64,000 nt of DNA from an uncultured virus (IMG/VR IMGVR_UViG_3300042987_002221) (lineage: Duplodnaviria > Heunggongvirae > Uroviricota > Caudoviricetes). The stretch spans positions 1 through 64,000 of the IMG/VR virus record IMGVR_UViG_3300042987_002221; one strand, 5' to 3'. Below, piece after piece: positions 42,801 to 49,678 of this stretch. Positions within the stretch are counted from its first letter, which is position 1, and each line of letters starts with the position of its first letter. The notes beneath the pieces were generated by a model, which saw nothing but the letters and a program-made list of their open reading frames with translations, ran no database searches and had not been told where the DNA came from. The position numbers were made by a program, and so were the translations under genes.

Positions 42801-45800
42801 CTACTTGTTCCTATTTGTACCGGACTTGATCTATCAATAATGTCATTTGTCCCTAATCTACCCGAACTACCTGCTCCCCAAGTAAACAAACCACCATCTG
42901 ATCTAATAGCGGCGACATTCCCTACTCCGGATGAAATTGTTGTCCAACTTTGAACAGTGGTTAGCCAACCTAAATTTCCTCCTCTTCCATATCCCCATGT
43001 AAACAATGCACCATCTAAACGTATTGCAGCGGTATTATAAAATCCTGCACTTACACTTGTCCAACTGCTTGTACCAATTTGTACTGGACTAAACTTATTA
43101 ATAGTAGTTCCATCACCTAATCCACCACATAGACCGCATCCCCAAGTAAATAATGAACTACCATTTCTGATTGCAGCAGTATGTGCAAAACCAGCACTCA
43201 CACTTGTCCAACTACTAGTTCCAATTTGCACGGGACTTGATCTATTAATGGAACCGTCATCACCTAATTGTCCATCAAGACCTCTTCCCCAAGTAAATAA
43301 TGATCCATCCTGTCTTATTGCTGCTGTGTGTGCATTTCCGGCACTTACACTAGTCCAACTGCTCGTTCCTATTTGTACTGGGCTTGATCTATCAATTGTA
43401 GTATTATCACCTAATCTACCACTTGTTCCTGCTCCCCAAGTAAACAAACCACCGTCTGTTCTAATTGCAGCAGAATGTGATGCACCTGATGCAATTGATG
43501 TCCAACTTTGAATAAATTCAGTTCTTCCTAATTGTCCAAAATTATTAAGGCCCCAACCAAATAAAGCTCCATCATTCCTTATGGCCATCATATATGGACC
43601 GCCATCACTTGAATTTACAGATGTCCAACTACTTGTTCCAATTTGGACTGGACTTGATCTGGTTATAGTGGCATTGTCACCCAATTGACCTGATGCATTT
43701 GCTCCCCATGTAAATAATGAGCCATTACTTCTGATTGCCGCAGTTTGACTATTTCCTGCACTTACTGATGTCCAACTACTAGTTCCTATTTGTACTGGAC
43801 TTGATCTATTAATGGAACCGTTATCACCTAATTGTCCAACATTATTAAGGCCCCATATAAATAATGCACCATCTTGTCTTATTCCTGCTGTATAGTAAGT
43901 TCCTGCACTAACGGCAGTCCAACTACTTATACCTACTTGAGTTGGCACAGATACGGACGTAGTTATAGCACCTATTTGTGCTGGTATTGATCTAGATATG
44001 GTATTTCCGTCACCTAATAAACCGTTAGCTCCTAAACCCCAAGTAAACAAAGTCTTATCAAGGTTAATTGCCAATGTTTGAAAACAAAATCCTGCATTTA
44101 CTGTTGTCCAACTAGCTGTACCTATTTGTACTGGACTTGATCTATTAGTTCTTGTACCATCACCCAATGAACCCCGAATATTATATCCCCAAGTAAATAA
44201 TATACCATCATTTCTAATTGCCGCTGTAACTACATTACCTGCACTTACAGTAGTCCAACTACTTGTTCCAATTTGAATTGGACTTGATTTATCTACAGTA
44301 GTTCCATCACCTAATTGTCCTGTTGCATTACTCCCCCAGGTAAATAATGAATCACCTTGTCTTATTGCAGCGGTATGAAAGCGTCCTGCACTTACTGTTG
44401 TCCAACTACTAGTTCCTATTTGTACCGGGCTTGATCTATCAATGGTGTCATTTGTCCCTAATCTACCCGAAGTACCTAAACCCCAAGTAAATAATGCACC
44501 ATCTTGTCTTATTGCTGTTGAATGTAAGTATCCTGCACTTATTGTTGTCCAGCTGCTTGTTCCAATTTGTACTGGGATTGAATTATTGCAAAGGTTGCAT
44601 CCTACTAAAGTTGGATTACTTCTATTTACAATTGAACTTGTTCCTAATCTACCACTTGTTCCTGCTCCCCATGTATATAAAAAATTATTCCCGTCAATAG
44701 CTCCGGCATGATTAGTTCCTCCTCCCAAAATAGTCCAACTACTTGTACCAATTTGCACCGGACTGGATCTATCAAGAGTGGTTCCGTCACCTAATCTACC
44801 TGCACTACCTGAACCCCAGCTAAATAAAAGTCCGTCATTTCTTTTTGCAATAGTGCTAACGTTTGCGCTAAATATCGCAGTCCAACTATTTGTTCCAATT
44901 TGCACTGGACTTGATCTGTTATCAGTGTCATTTAGCCCTAATTGTCCATAAATATTGCTCCCCCAGGTAAATAAAGCGCCATCACTTCGTATAGCAGCAC
45001 TATGAGACTGCCCTTCACTTATAACTGTCCAACTGCTTGTTCCTATTTGTACTGGACTAGATTGAAGGCCAATGGAATTGTTTCCTAATTGGCCAGTGGC
45101 GTTGAATCCCCAAGTAAACAATCCGCCATCATTTCTAATTGCCATTGTAGTTGCATTACCTGCACTTACACTTGTCCAACTGCTTGTACCGATTTGTACT
45201 GGACTTGATCTACTAGTTACAGTTCCGTCACCTAATTGCCCTACATTGTTTCGCCCCCATGTGAATAAAGTGTTATCACTGCGTATTGCTACTGCATGTG
45301 TGTTTCCTGAAGCAACAGTAGTCCAGCTACTTGTACCAATTTGAACTGGACTTGATCTGTCAATCGTTGATTGGTCTCCCACCTGTCCATGATTATTTCT
45401 ACCCCAAACAAAAAGTGAATTATCTTGTCTTATTGCTAATGTAGTATATGCACCTGAAGCAACAAAAATCCAACTACTTGTGCCAAGTTGAACCGGAATT
45501 GATCTGTTTATATTGTCATTTAGCCCTAATTGTCCAAAACTATTGCTCCCCCAGGTAAATAAAGCGCCATCACTTCTGATTGCAACGGAATGAGTTGAAC
45601 TTGAACCTGAGCCAATTGTACTCCAGCTATATAAAGGTGTCAGTTGTGTAGTTTGTCCTGATTCATTTCCTCCCCAAGTAAATAATGCACTATCAGTTCG
45701 TAATGCGATAGTATGAGAAAGACCCATGCTTACTGCTGTCCAACTGCTTGTTCCTATTTGAACTGGACTTGATCTATCAATTGTTGTTCCGTCCCCTAAT

Positions 45801-46432
45801 CTACCTGAACTACCTGCGCCCCAAGTAAACAATGCACCGTCATTTCTTATTGCAGCAGTTTGTTGTGGTCCTGCACTTACTGATGTCCAACTACTTGTGC
45901 CTATTTGCACAGGACTGGATTTGTCAATAGTCGAACCATCACCTAATGCTCCTTGAGTATTAACTCCCCATGTAAATAAAATACCATCACTTCTTATAGC
46001 AGCAGTATGAAAACCCGAGCTTATTGATGTCCAACTATTAATTAGTCCTAATTGACCTGATGCATTTCCTCCCCAAGTAAATAATCTACCATCACTTCTT
46101 ATAGCAGTTGAATGATTTGTTCCGGCACTAACTATATTCCAACTATATATAGGAGTTGTTATTGCGGTTTGCCCGTCAGAATTACCTCCCCATGCATATA
46201 AAAATAAGGTAGCTGGACCCAATGAACCATAAGCAGCAAATAATGTTCCTATATCACTGTTGTTTTTAAAAATATTGGTTGTGCCGTAAGGCGTTCCGAA
46301 CTCTGCACCTGCATATAAGTTAGATATATCTGACCCTGAAGATAAAAATCCAGTGTCTGCAATTTTGGTACAGGAACCTATTGGAGCAAATAAAGTGTCT
46401 AAATCTATACCATTAACTAAAAATCCTGACAT
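36845..46432 (-). CDS. Giant RCC1-repeat protein, 3195 aa, 63 blades (9 nested 7-bladed propellers)
   Basis: Same repeat as the paralog; AATAAATA on the minus strand at 46440-46447. Confidence 0.9.
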   Translation of the reverse strand: MSGFLVNGIDLDTLFAPIGSCTKIADTGFLSSGSDISNLYAGAEFGTPYGTTNIFKNNSDIGTLFAAYGSLGPATLFLYAWGGNSDGQTAITTPIYSWNIVSAGTNHSTAIRSDGRLFTWGGNASGQLGLINSWTSISSGFHTAAIRSDGILFTWGVNTQGALGDGSTIDKSSPVQIGTSSWTSVSAGPQQTAAIRNDGALFTWGAGSSGRLGDGTTIDRSSPVQIGTSSWTAVSMGLSHTIALRTDSALFTWGGNESGQTTQLTPLYSWSTIGSGSSSTHSVAIRSDGALFTWGSNSFGQLGLNDNINRSIPVQLGTSSWIFVASGAYTTLAIRQDNSLFVWGRNNHGQVGDQSTIDRSSPVQIGTSSWTTVASGNTHAVAIRSDNTLFTWGRNNVGQLGDGTVTSRSSPVQIGTSSWTSVSAGNATTMAIRNDGGLFTWGFNATGQLGNNSIGLQSSPVQIGTSSWTVISEGQSHSAAIRSDGALFTWGSNIYGQLGLNDTDNRSSPVQIGTNSWTAIFSANVSTIAKRNDGLLFSWGSGSAGRLGDGTTLDRSSPVQIGTSSWTILGGGTNHAGAIDGNNFLYTWGAGTSGRLGTSSIVNRSNPTLVGCNLCNNSIPVQIGTSSWTTISAGYLHSTAIRQDGALFTWGLGTSGRLGTNDTIDRSSPVQIGTSSWTTVSAGRFHTAAIRQGDSLFTWGSNATGQLGDGTTVDKSSPIQIGTSSWTTVSAGNVVTAAIRNDGILFTWGYNIRGSLGDGTRTNRSSPVQIGTASWTTVNAGFCFQTLAINLDKTLFTWGLGANGLLGDGNTISRSIPAQIGAITTSVSVPTQVGISSWTAVSAGTYYTAGIRQDGALFIWGLNNVGQLGDNGSINRSSPVQIGTSSWTSVSAGNSQTAAIRSNGSLFTWGANASGQLGDNATITRSSPVQIGTSSWTSVNSSDGGPYMMAIRNDGALFGWGLNNFGQLGRTEFIQSWTSIASGASHSAAIRTDGGLFTWGAGTSGRLGDNTTIDRSSPVQIGTSSWTSVSAGNAHTAAIRQDGSLFTWGRGLDGQLGDDGSINRSSPVQIGTSSWTSVSAGFAHTAAIRNGSSLFTWGCGLCGGLGDGTTINKFSPVQIGTSSWTSVSAGFYNTAAIRLDGALFTWGYGRGGNLGWLTTVQSWTTISSGVGNVAAIRSDGGLFTWGAGSSGRLGTNDIIDRSSPVQIGTSSWTSVDAGATHVAAIRSDGRLFTWGAGGAGRLGNNTTIDRSSPVQIGTSSWTTVSAGCFHTAAVRLDGSIFTWGCGATGRLGDSNTVNRSSPVQIGTSSWTTVSAGNNFTAATRNDGRLFTWGTGGCGQLGWLTAVQSWNAIASGNGQVLAIRSDGLLFTWGSGGAGRLGSGDTFDRSSPVQVGVSSWTSVSAGFSHSTAIRSDGRLFTWGSNSVGQLGDNTTVNRSSPVQVGTSSWTSISAGTYSTAAIRQDGSLFIWGFGTSGRLGDGGTLNRSSPVQLGTSSWTTVSTGNGNTAAIRQDGALFTWGDNASGQLGEVTAVLSWNAVSFGRSHVTAITNTNILYAWGLNNYGQLGDGTTINRSSPVQIGTSSWTSVSAGVAHTAAIRTDGALFTWGAGGAGRLGDSTTINRSSPVQIGTSSWTAVAAGGSHTVATKSDSLLFTWGLNNFGQMGDGTTTSKSSPVQIGTSSWTTISAGLQMTAAIRNDDGRLFTWGAGSNGRLGDGGTLNRSSPVQVGTSSWTAVSAGQAHVVAIRQGGSLFTWGYGTSGRLGDNSIIARSSPVQVGTNSWTAVSAGEAHTAAITINNTLFTWGRGLDGQLGDGTSVNRSSPVLIGASTWTKVSAGGNNTGVIGLLSSDLQITGAANTGQLGNNSTTSRSSLVLVGSIAVEPRSSPVQVGSSSWTTVSAGGDLFTAAIRNDGGLFTWGHNLFGQLGDNSTINRSIPVQIGNCSWTSVSAGVLNFTSAIRNDGLLFTWGCNGLGALGDGTTVRRSSPVQIGTGSWTSISAGSASMSAIDNSSVAYLWGYGTSGRIGDNTNITRSSPVVLGNINPLLVSSPVQVGTSSWIAISAGYNFAAAINSNNLLFTWGLGANGRLGDGNTIDRSIPAQIGSSSWTFVSAGENSSNPAAIRSDGALFTWGFNSSGQLGDNTTINRSSPVQIGTSSWTSVSAGQDFMSAIDSTAVAYIWGEGSSGRIGNNTNISNSTPLILGNINPVQVFSPVQVGTSSWTSVSAGCCFAAAIRTDSALFTWGLGSSGRLGDGTTISKSSPVQIGTSSWTSVSAGFTHTSAIRSDGALFTWGLNSSGQLGDNTTINRSSPVQIGTSSWTTISSGGNSTLGLEIDNTLYAWGLGTSGQLGDNTTIARSSPVVLGGILITSFSNPVQIGNSSWTSVSAGATHTAAIRQDNGLFVWGAGSSGRLGTNDTINRSSPVQIGTSSWTTVNAGGTHTAAIRIDGSLFTWGFNSSGQIGDNTTITRSSPVQIGTSSWTSVSAGITHTAAIKQDSLLFTWGANASGQIGDNTTINRSSPVQVGGQPIDTSSPNQIGTSSWTSVSAGASHSMAIRSDKLLFAWGSNNLGQLGDGTILSRSSPIQIGSSSWTSISAGASHTAAIRSDNALFVWGSNSSGQIGDDTTINRSSPVQLGTSSWTSVSAGKNGPFTAAIKNNGSLFTWGLNSSGRLGDGTTVNRSSPVQIGSSSWTAVTAGYINAHAIRSDGYLYTWGSNRYGQFGNTAPLTWKNLSVVVNTVLAIRNDDLLFSWGLNDFGQVGDNTKINRSSPVQIGTSSWTAISQGTNVSLAIRIDGRLFAWGRGTNGALGQGNQIDYSSPVQIGTSSWIAIAAATELTSFAIRVDGRLFSWGDNSVGQLGQGSGVAFDTSPVNIGTSSWTQVSAGRRHAIALRSDGALFTWGSNTSGQLGDGTTINKNSPVQIGSSSWTAISAGGYNSGAIRADGALFTWGSNTSGQIGDNTRTTNSSPVQIGTNSWTAVNISFGGSTWAINNTNLIYGWGSDYWGDGTTNTRSSPVQIGTQSWTVIQSNGGITSNSLLYMWGGGGSGQIGNNSTVTQTTSTLTVLGGISQSSSPILVNFNSWRQVNSNASHTAAIRSDYTLFTWGAGTSGRLGDGTTIDRSSPVQIGSSSWTAISAGTAHTAAIRTDGLLFAWGAGSSGRLGTQNTIDRSSPVSIGSNSWSAIGAGDTFTLGLLKA

Positions 46433-46481
46433 AATGTTCTATTTATTTCATTGAGGACTGATCTTAACCAATTGTTATCCT

Positions 46482-46516
46482 AAAAATATCACAACTAAAA
46501 CTGTTAGTGATATTTT
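46482..46516 (-). terminator. Possible terminator hairpin
   Basis: AAAATATCAC...GTGATATTTT inverted repeat downstream of the chaperone gene; AT-rich and weak. Confidence 0.35.
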
Positions 46517-46530
46517 GAAAAAACATTATG

Positions 46531-47013
46531 TTAGCCTTGAAAGGTTGGCCATACTAAATTACTTAAATCTTCCTGCAAAGTAATGTCTGCTAAAGCTTGC
46601 ATATAAGTATCTAAATTTTCTAAAGTGTCAGTTGGTGTCAAACCCATTCTGACTTGACGTTCATAACGTGTATACCGCCATTCAAAATCACTCATTAATT
46701 TATCTCTTTGAATACGAATGGGGACTAATAATTCTTCACGGGTTGGAGGTACATAATGAGGAATCAAAATTAATTCTCTATGTTCATAAACTTCACCATT
46801 TTGTACGCTATATGTAGGAAAATCACTCATTCTATATAATGAAGGATCAAAACTTGTGGTATCCCTAATAATTCTTACAAACCCGTTTTCACGCATAAAG
46901 GCTTCATCATTGCTACAACGTGTATTAAAATTATTGATACCATTCCAAAATTTTGGAATACTGTCATAAACACCTTTAACTTCATTATTAACCAAATTTG
47001 CATAAACTGTCAT
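46531..47013 (-). CDS. Phage tail/fibre assembly chaperone-like protein
   Basis: C-terminal IRIQRDKLM...YMQALADIT....NLVWPT motif; ATG at 47013 with GGAG ribosome-binding site. Confidence 0.7.
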   Translation of the reverse strand: MTVYANLVNNEVKGVYDSIPKFWNGINNFNTRCSNDEAFMRENGFVRIIRDTTSFDPSLYRMSDFPTYSVQNGEVYEHRELILIPHYVPPTREELLVPIRIQRDKLMSDFEWRYTRYERQVRMGLTPTDTLENLDTYMQALADITLQEDLSNLVWPTFQG

Positions 47014-47041
47014 TTTATTCTCCGAGTTGTAAAGTTTTAAG

Positions 47042-47061
47042 TATTTATGCATTAATAAATA
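47042..47061. promoter_or_regulatory. Back-to-back late promoter motifs
   Basis: CATAAATA on minus (47042-47049) and AATAAATA on plus (47054-47061) at the strand switch. Confidence 0.55.
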
Positions 47062-47069
47062 AAAAAGTT

Positions 47070-47321
47070 ATGATTACCAGTACAAATGAAGCACTAGAAA
47101 AACTTACCCAACTTAAAAACTATATGAAAACGGTTAGATATAACCATGATTTAAATAAATTGCTGAAAAATATTGAAGGCATGATAACTGAATTATCCAA
47201 AAAAGAGGTGTTAGCTAGACAAACCAAAAAAGTTTCTATACTAGAAATTCCATTAAAAAATCTTAATGAATCTGTTGACAATTTTGAGAAACTGCTTATA
47301 ATAGCCAAACTCCTCGACTAA
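47070..47321 (+). CDS. Hypothetical helical protein
   Basis: ATG at 47070 follows the late motif; the longer TTG start overlaps the divergent gene. Confidence 0.6.
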   Translation: MITSTNEALEKLTQLKNYMKTVRYNHDLNKLLKNIEGMITELSKKEVLARQTKKVSILEIPLKNLNESVDNFEKLLIIAKLLD

Positions 47322-47337
47322 AGATAAATAAATAGTT

Positions 47338-47520
47338 ATGAAAATCAATGAAGTAAGTCAACCCTCTGACAAAAAACTATTTGAGTCAATTGACCATGAT
47401 AATAAAACCGGCTTCGCAACCGAAGATTTGGTAAAAATTGTCAGAACAGAAAAGAACAATGAATGGTCAAAGCCAATGACTATGGAAGAATTGTTTGAAG
47501 AAATGGATTCATGGGAATAA
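47338..47520 (+). CDS. Small acidic protein, putative antitoxin
   Basis: Directly upstream of the YafQ-like gene; acidic C-terminus TMEELFEEMDSWE resembles DinJ/RelB C-termini. Confidence 0.45.
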   Translation: MKINEVSQPSDKKLFESIDHDNKTGFATEDLVKIVRTEKNNEWSKPMTMEELFEEMDSWE

Positions 47521-47523
47521 TCA

Positions 47524-47958
47524 GTGCCAGCTAATATTCAAAATCCACGAAACTTACCGGCAAACACGCAAGCTCAACAACCGGCAAATGTTAGATTCCG
47601 CCGTAGTCCAGAGTACAAAGAAACATATCTTGTGAAAGTAAACCCATACGAATCGGTAAGAAACAAATTTCGTGAGTTTATGGAATTAAAACGCAATGAT
47701 CCAAACCAAGCTTTTGGCAAAAGCGACAAACATTTTTTGGGAGACGGGTTTTTCACTCAGCAGGTGCCTGGGTTAAAACATGCTCATATAACCCAAGACC
47801 TTAGTATAGTCTATAAAATATCTGGGAAAAATCCAACTGAAATTTATCTTTATGGATTTTACACTCATGATGAATTGGGCACTGGGCAACCTCCCAATAT
47901 AAGAAGACAATCAAGCATTGCTAAAAGTTTTAGGTCATACACCTTTACAGAAGAATAA
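47524..47958 (+). CDS. RelE/YafQ-family mRNA interferase-like protein
   Basis: RRSPEYKE, KHAHITQDLSIVY and YGFYTHDEL follow the YafQ pattern (H(I)..D.L.IY ... G(S/T)H.EL). Confidence 0.65.
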   Translation: MPANIQNPRNLPANTQAQQPANVRFRRSPEYKETYLVKVNPYESVRNKFREFMELKRNDPNQAFGKSDKHFLGDGFFTQQVPGLKHAHITQDLSIVYKISGKNPTEIYLYGFYTHDELGTGQPPNIRRQSSIAKSFRSYTFTEE

Positions 47959-47959
47959 T

Positions 47960-47988
47960 TTGACAAATAATCCATAGTATCATATACT
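47960..47988 (+). promoter_or_regulatory. Sigma70-type early promoter
   Basis: TTGACA-17 nt-TATACT. Confidence 0.8.
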
Positions 47989-48004
47989 TCAAGCTTGAAG
48001 GGAA

Positions 48005-48430
48005 ATGATAATGGAAATCACGATTGACGGCAGCACACGAAACAAGAAGTTGGTAAACGCAGTTTTGCCTTCTATGATTCGCCAACTTAAGTTGGAAAAT
48101 TGCCGTAAGGGCCTTTTAATTCGCATCTATAATGAATGCGATCAAGAAGCACACGGGGTCACCCATGATTTCACTAATCTTACAAATTGTTATGTTGTGG
48201 TTGTAAAGCCCCAACGTAATGTTTTTCAACTTGGTATTACCTTGGCTCATGAGTTGGTCCATGTAAAGCAAATGGCAAAGGGCCAACTCAAGACCGACGT
48301 TTACGGTAATAACTATTGGATGGGCAAGAAGTACAAGGCCTCCACTAAGTACTATGACCGTCCTTGGGAAATTGCAGCATTTGCACAACAGGAACTACTG
48401 TTGCGGCGTGCTGTTGAAGAATGTGCTTGA
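48005..48430 (+). CDS. HExxH zinc metallopeptidase-like protein
   Basis: LAHELVHVKQ ... PWEIAAF. Confidence 0.75.
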   Translation: MIMEITIDGSTRNKKLVNAVLPSMIRQLKLENCRKGLLIRIYNECDQEAHGVTHDFTNLTNCYVVVVKPQRNVFQLGITLAHELVHVKQMAKGQLKTDVYGNNYWMGKKYKASTKYYDRPWEIAAFAQQELLLRRAVEECA

Positions 48431-48455
48431 CAAATAATCCAATCAAGCATATAGT
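48427..48455 (+). promoter_or_regulatory. Sigma70-type early promoter
   Basis: TTGACA-17 nt-TATAGT; shares TTGACAAATAATCCA with the promoter at 47960. Confidence 0.8.
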
Positions 48456-48491
48456 AGCATCTGTTTCAACAACTTTTTCAACGGAGAATAT

Positions 48492-49595
48492 ATGTCATCA
48501 AAGCAAGTTTCAGAAAACCTCACTATCACCAGCGTTCAAACACGTAAGGCGCTGTTGAAGGCATTTGACGCTAAACGTCCAGTATTTCTTTGGGGCCCGC
48601 CAGGAATCGGTAAGAGTGAAGTTGTCAACGAAGTAGCTGAGGAACTGGGAGGCTATGTAATTGATCTTCGTATGGCTCAAATGGAGCCAACTGATATCCG
48701 TGGTATTCCCTTCTACAATAAGGAAATCGGTAAGATGGATTGGGCTAGTCCAGTTGATCTGCCCGATGAGGAACTTGCCAGTAAGTATCCAATCGTAGTT
48801 CTGTTCCTTGATGAAATGAACTCCGCTCCCCCTGCTGTTCAGGCTGCAGGTTATCAACTGATTCTTAACGGTCGAGTCGGTAAGTACAAGCTTCCTGACA
48901 ATGTTCGTATCGTTGCTGCGGGTAACCGTGAAAGTGACAAGGGTGTGACATATCGTATGCCGCTTCCCCTCGCTAATCGTTTTATTCACGTTGAAATGCG
49001 AGCCGACTTTTCAAGCTGGCAACACTGGGCTGTTAACAAGGGCATTCACAAGGATGTGGTTGGTTATCTGAGTTTTGCAAAGCAAGACCTTTGCGATTTT
49101 GATAGCAAGGTTGCTAGCCGTGCATTCCCCACTCCTCGTAGCTGGGTGTTCGTTAGCGATCTTCTCAAGGATGAGTCAGTGGATACTGATACTCTGTTCA
49201 ACCTTGTTGCAGGTGCAGTCGGCGAAGGTCTGGCAGTGAAGTTTATGGCTCACCGTAAGGTATCAGGCAAGATGCCCGAACCTAGCGATATTCTTGCAGG
49301 TAAGGTCAAGGAACTTCAAGTCAAGGAAGTGTCCGCAATGTACTCACTAACGGTTTCTATGTGCTACGAATTGCGTGATGCATTGCAAACTAAGAAGGTT
49401 TCTCAGCAGGAATTCAACGGAATGGTTGATAACTTTCTTGGCTTCATCATGGATAACTTTGAACCTGAGTTGGTTATCATGGGTGCTAAGATTGCGATCA
49501 AGACTTACAAGCTACCCTTCCAATATCAAAAGCTTGCCAACTTTGAAACATTCAACAAGAAGTTTGGTAAGTATATTCTTGAAGCAGGCAACTAA
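48492..49595 (+). CDS. MoxR-like AAA+ ATPase
   Basis: Walker A GPPGIGKS, Walker B LFLDEMN, AAGNR, LANRF and TPRSW motifs. Confidence 0.88.
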   Translation: MSSKQVSENLTITSVQTRKALLKAFDAKRPVFLWGPPGIGKSEVVNEVAEELGGYVIDLRMAQMEPTDIRGIPFYNKEIGKMDWASPVDLPDEELASKYPIVVLFLDEMNSAPPAVQAAGYQLILNGRVGKYKLPDNVRIVAAGNRESDKGVTYRMPLPLANRFIHVEMRADFSSWQHWAVNKGIHKDVVGYLSFAKQDLCDFDSKVASRAFPTPRSWVFVSDLLKDESVDTDTLFNLVAGAVGEGLAVKFMAHRKVSGKMPEPSDILAGKVKELQVKEVSAMYSLTVSMCYELRDALQTKKVSQQEFNGMVDNFLGFIMDNFEPELVIMGAKIAIKTYKLPFQYQKLANFETFNKKFGKYILEAGN

Positions 49596-49629
49596 GGTTG
49601 CGATTGCTAGGGAGGTAAAACTCCCTTTC

Positions 49630-49657
49630 GAGGGCGGGTTCGCCCGCTCTCTTTTTT
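49630..49657 (+). terminator. Rho-independent terminator (TTCG loop), preceded by a second hairpin at 49609-49626
   Basis: GAGGGCGGG-TTCG-CCCGCTCTC-TTTTTT. Confidence 0.8.
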
Positions 49658-49678
49658 CTATAACTGTATGGAGCAAAT

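Noticed and set aside
33455..45344. Many plus-strand ORFs (e.g. 40035-40664, 40989-41366) with repeated PICTGLDL motifs
   Set aside because: These are antisense shadows of the RCC1 repeat genes.
33433..46432. RCC1 repeats as a diversity-generating retroelement target
   Set aside because: No reverse transcriptase in the window and no template/variable repeat pair with adenine-specific differences was seen; similarity among blades fits duplication or conversion.
33433..46432. Eukaryotic or giant-virus origin suggested by RCC1 repeats, kinase and papain
   Set aside because: The T4-like terminase, spanins, sigma70 promoters, Shine-Dalgarno sites and intrinsic terminators indicate a bacteriophage.
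49596..49660. GC-rich structured intergenic segment as a tRNA or ncRNA
   Set aside because: It is two short hairpins plus a T tract with no cloverleaf; a terminator explains it. No tRNA or rRNA was recognised anywhere in the window.
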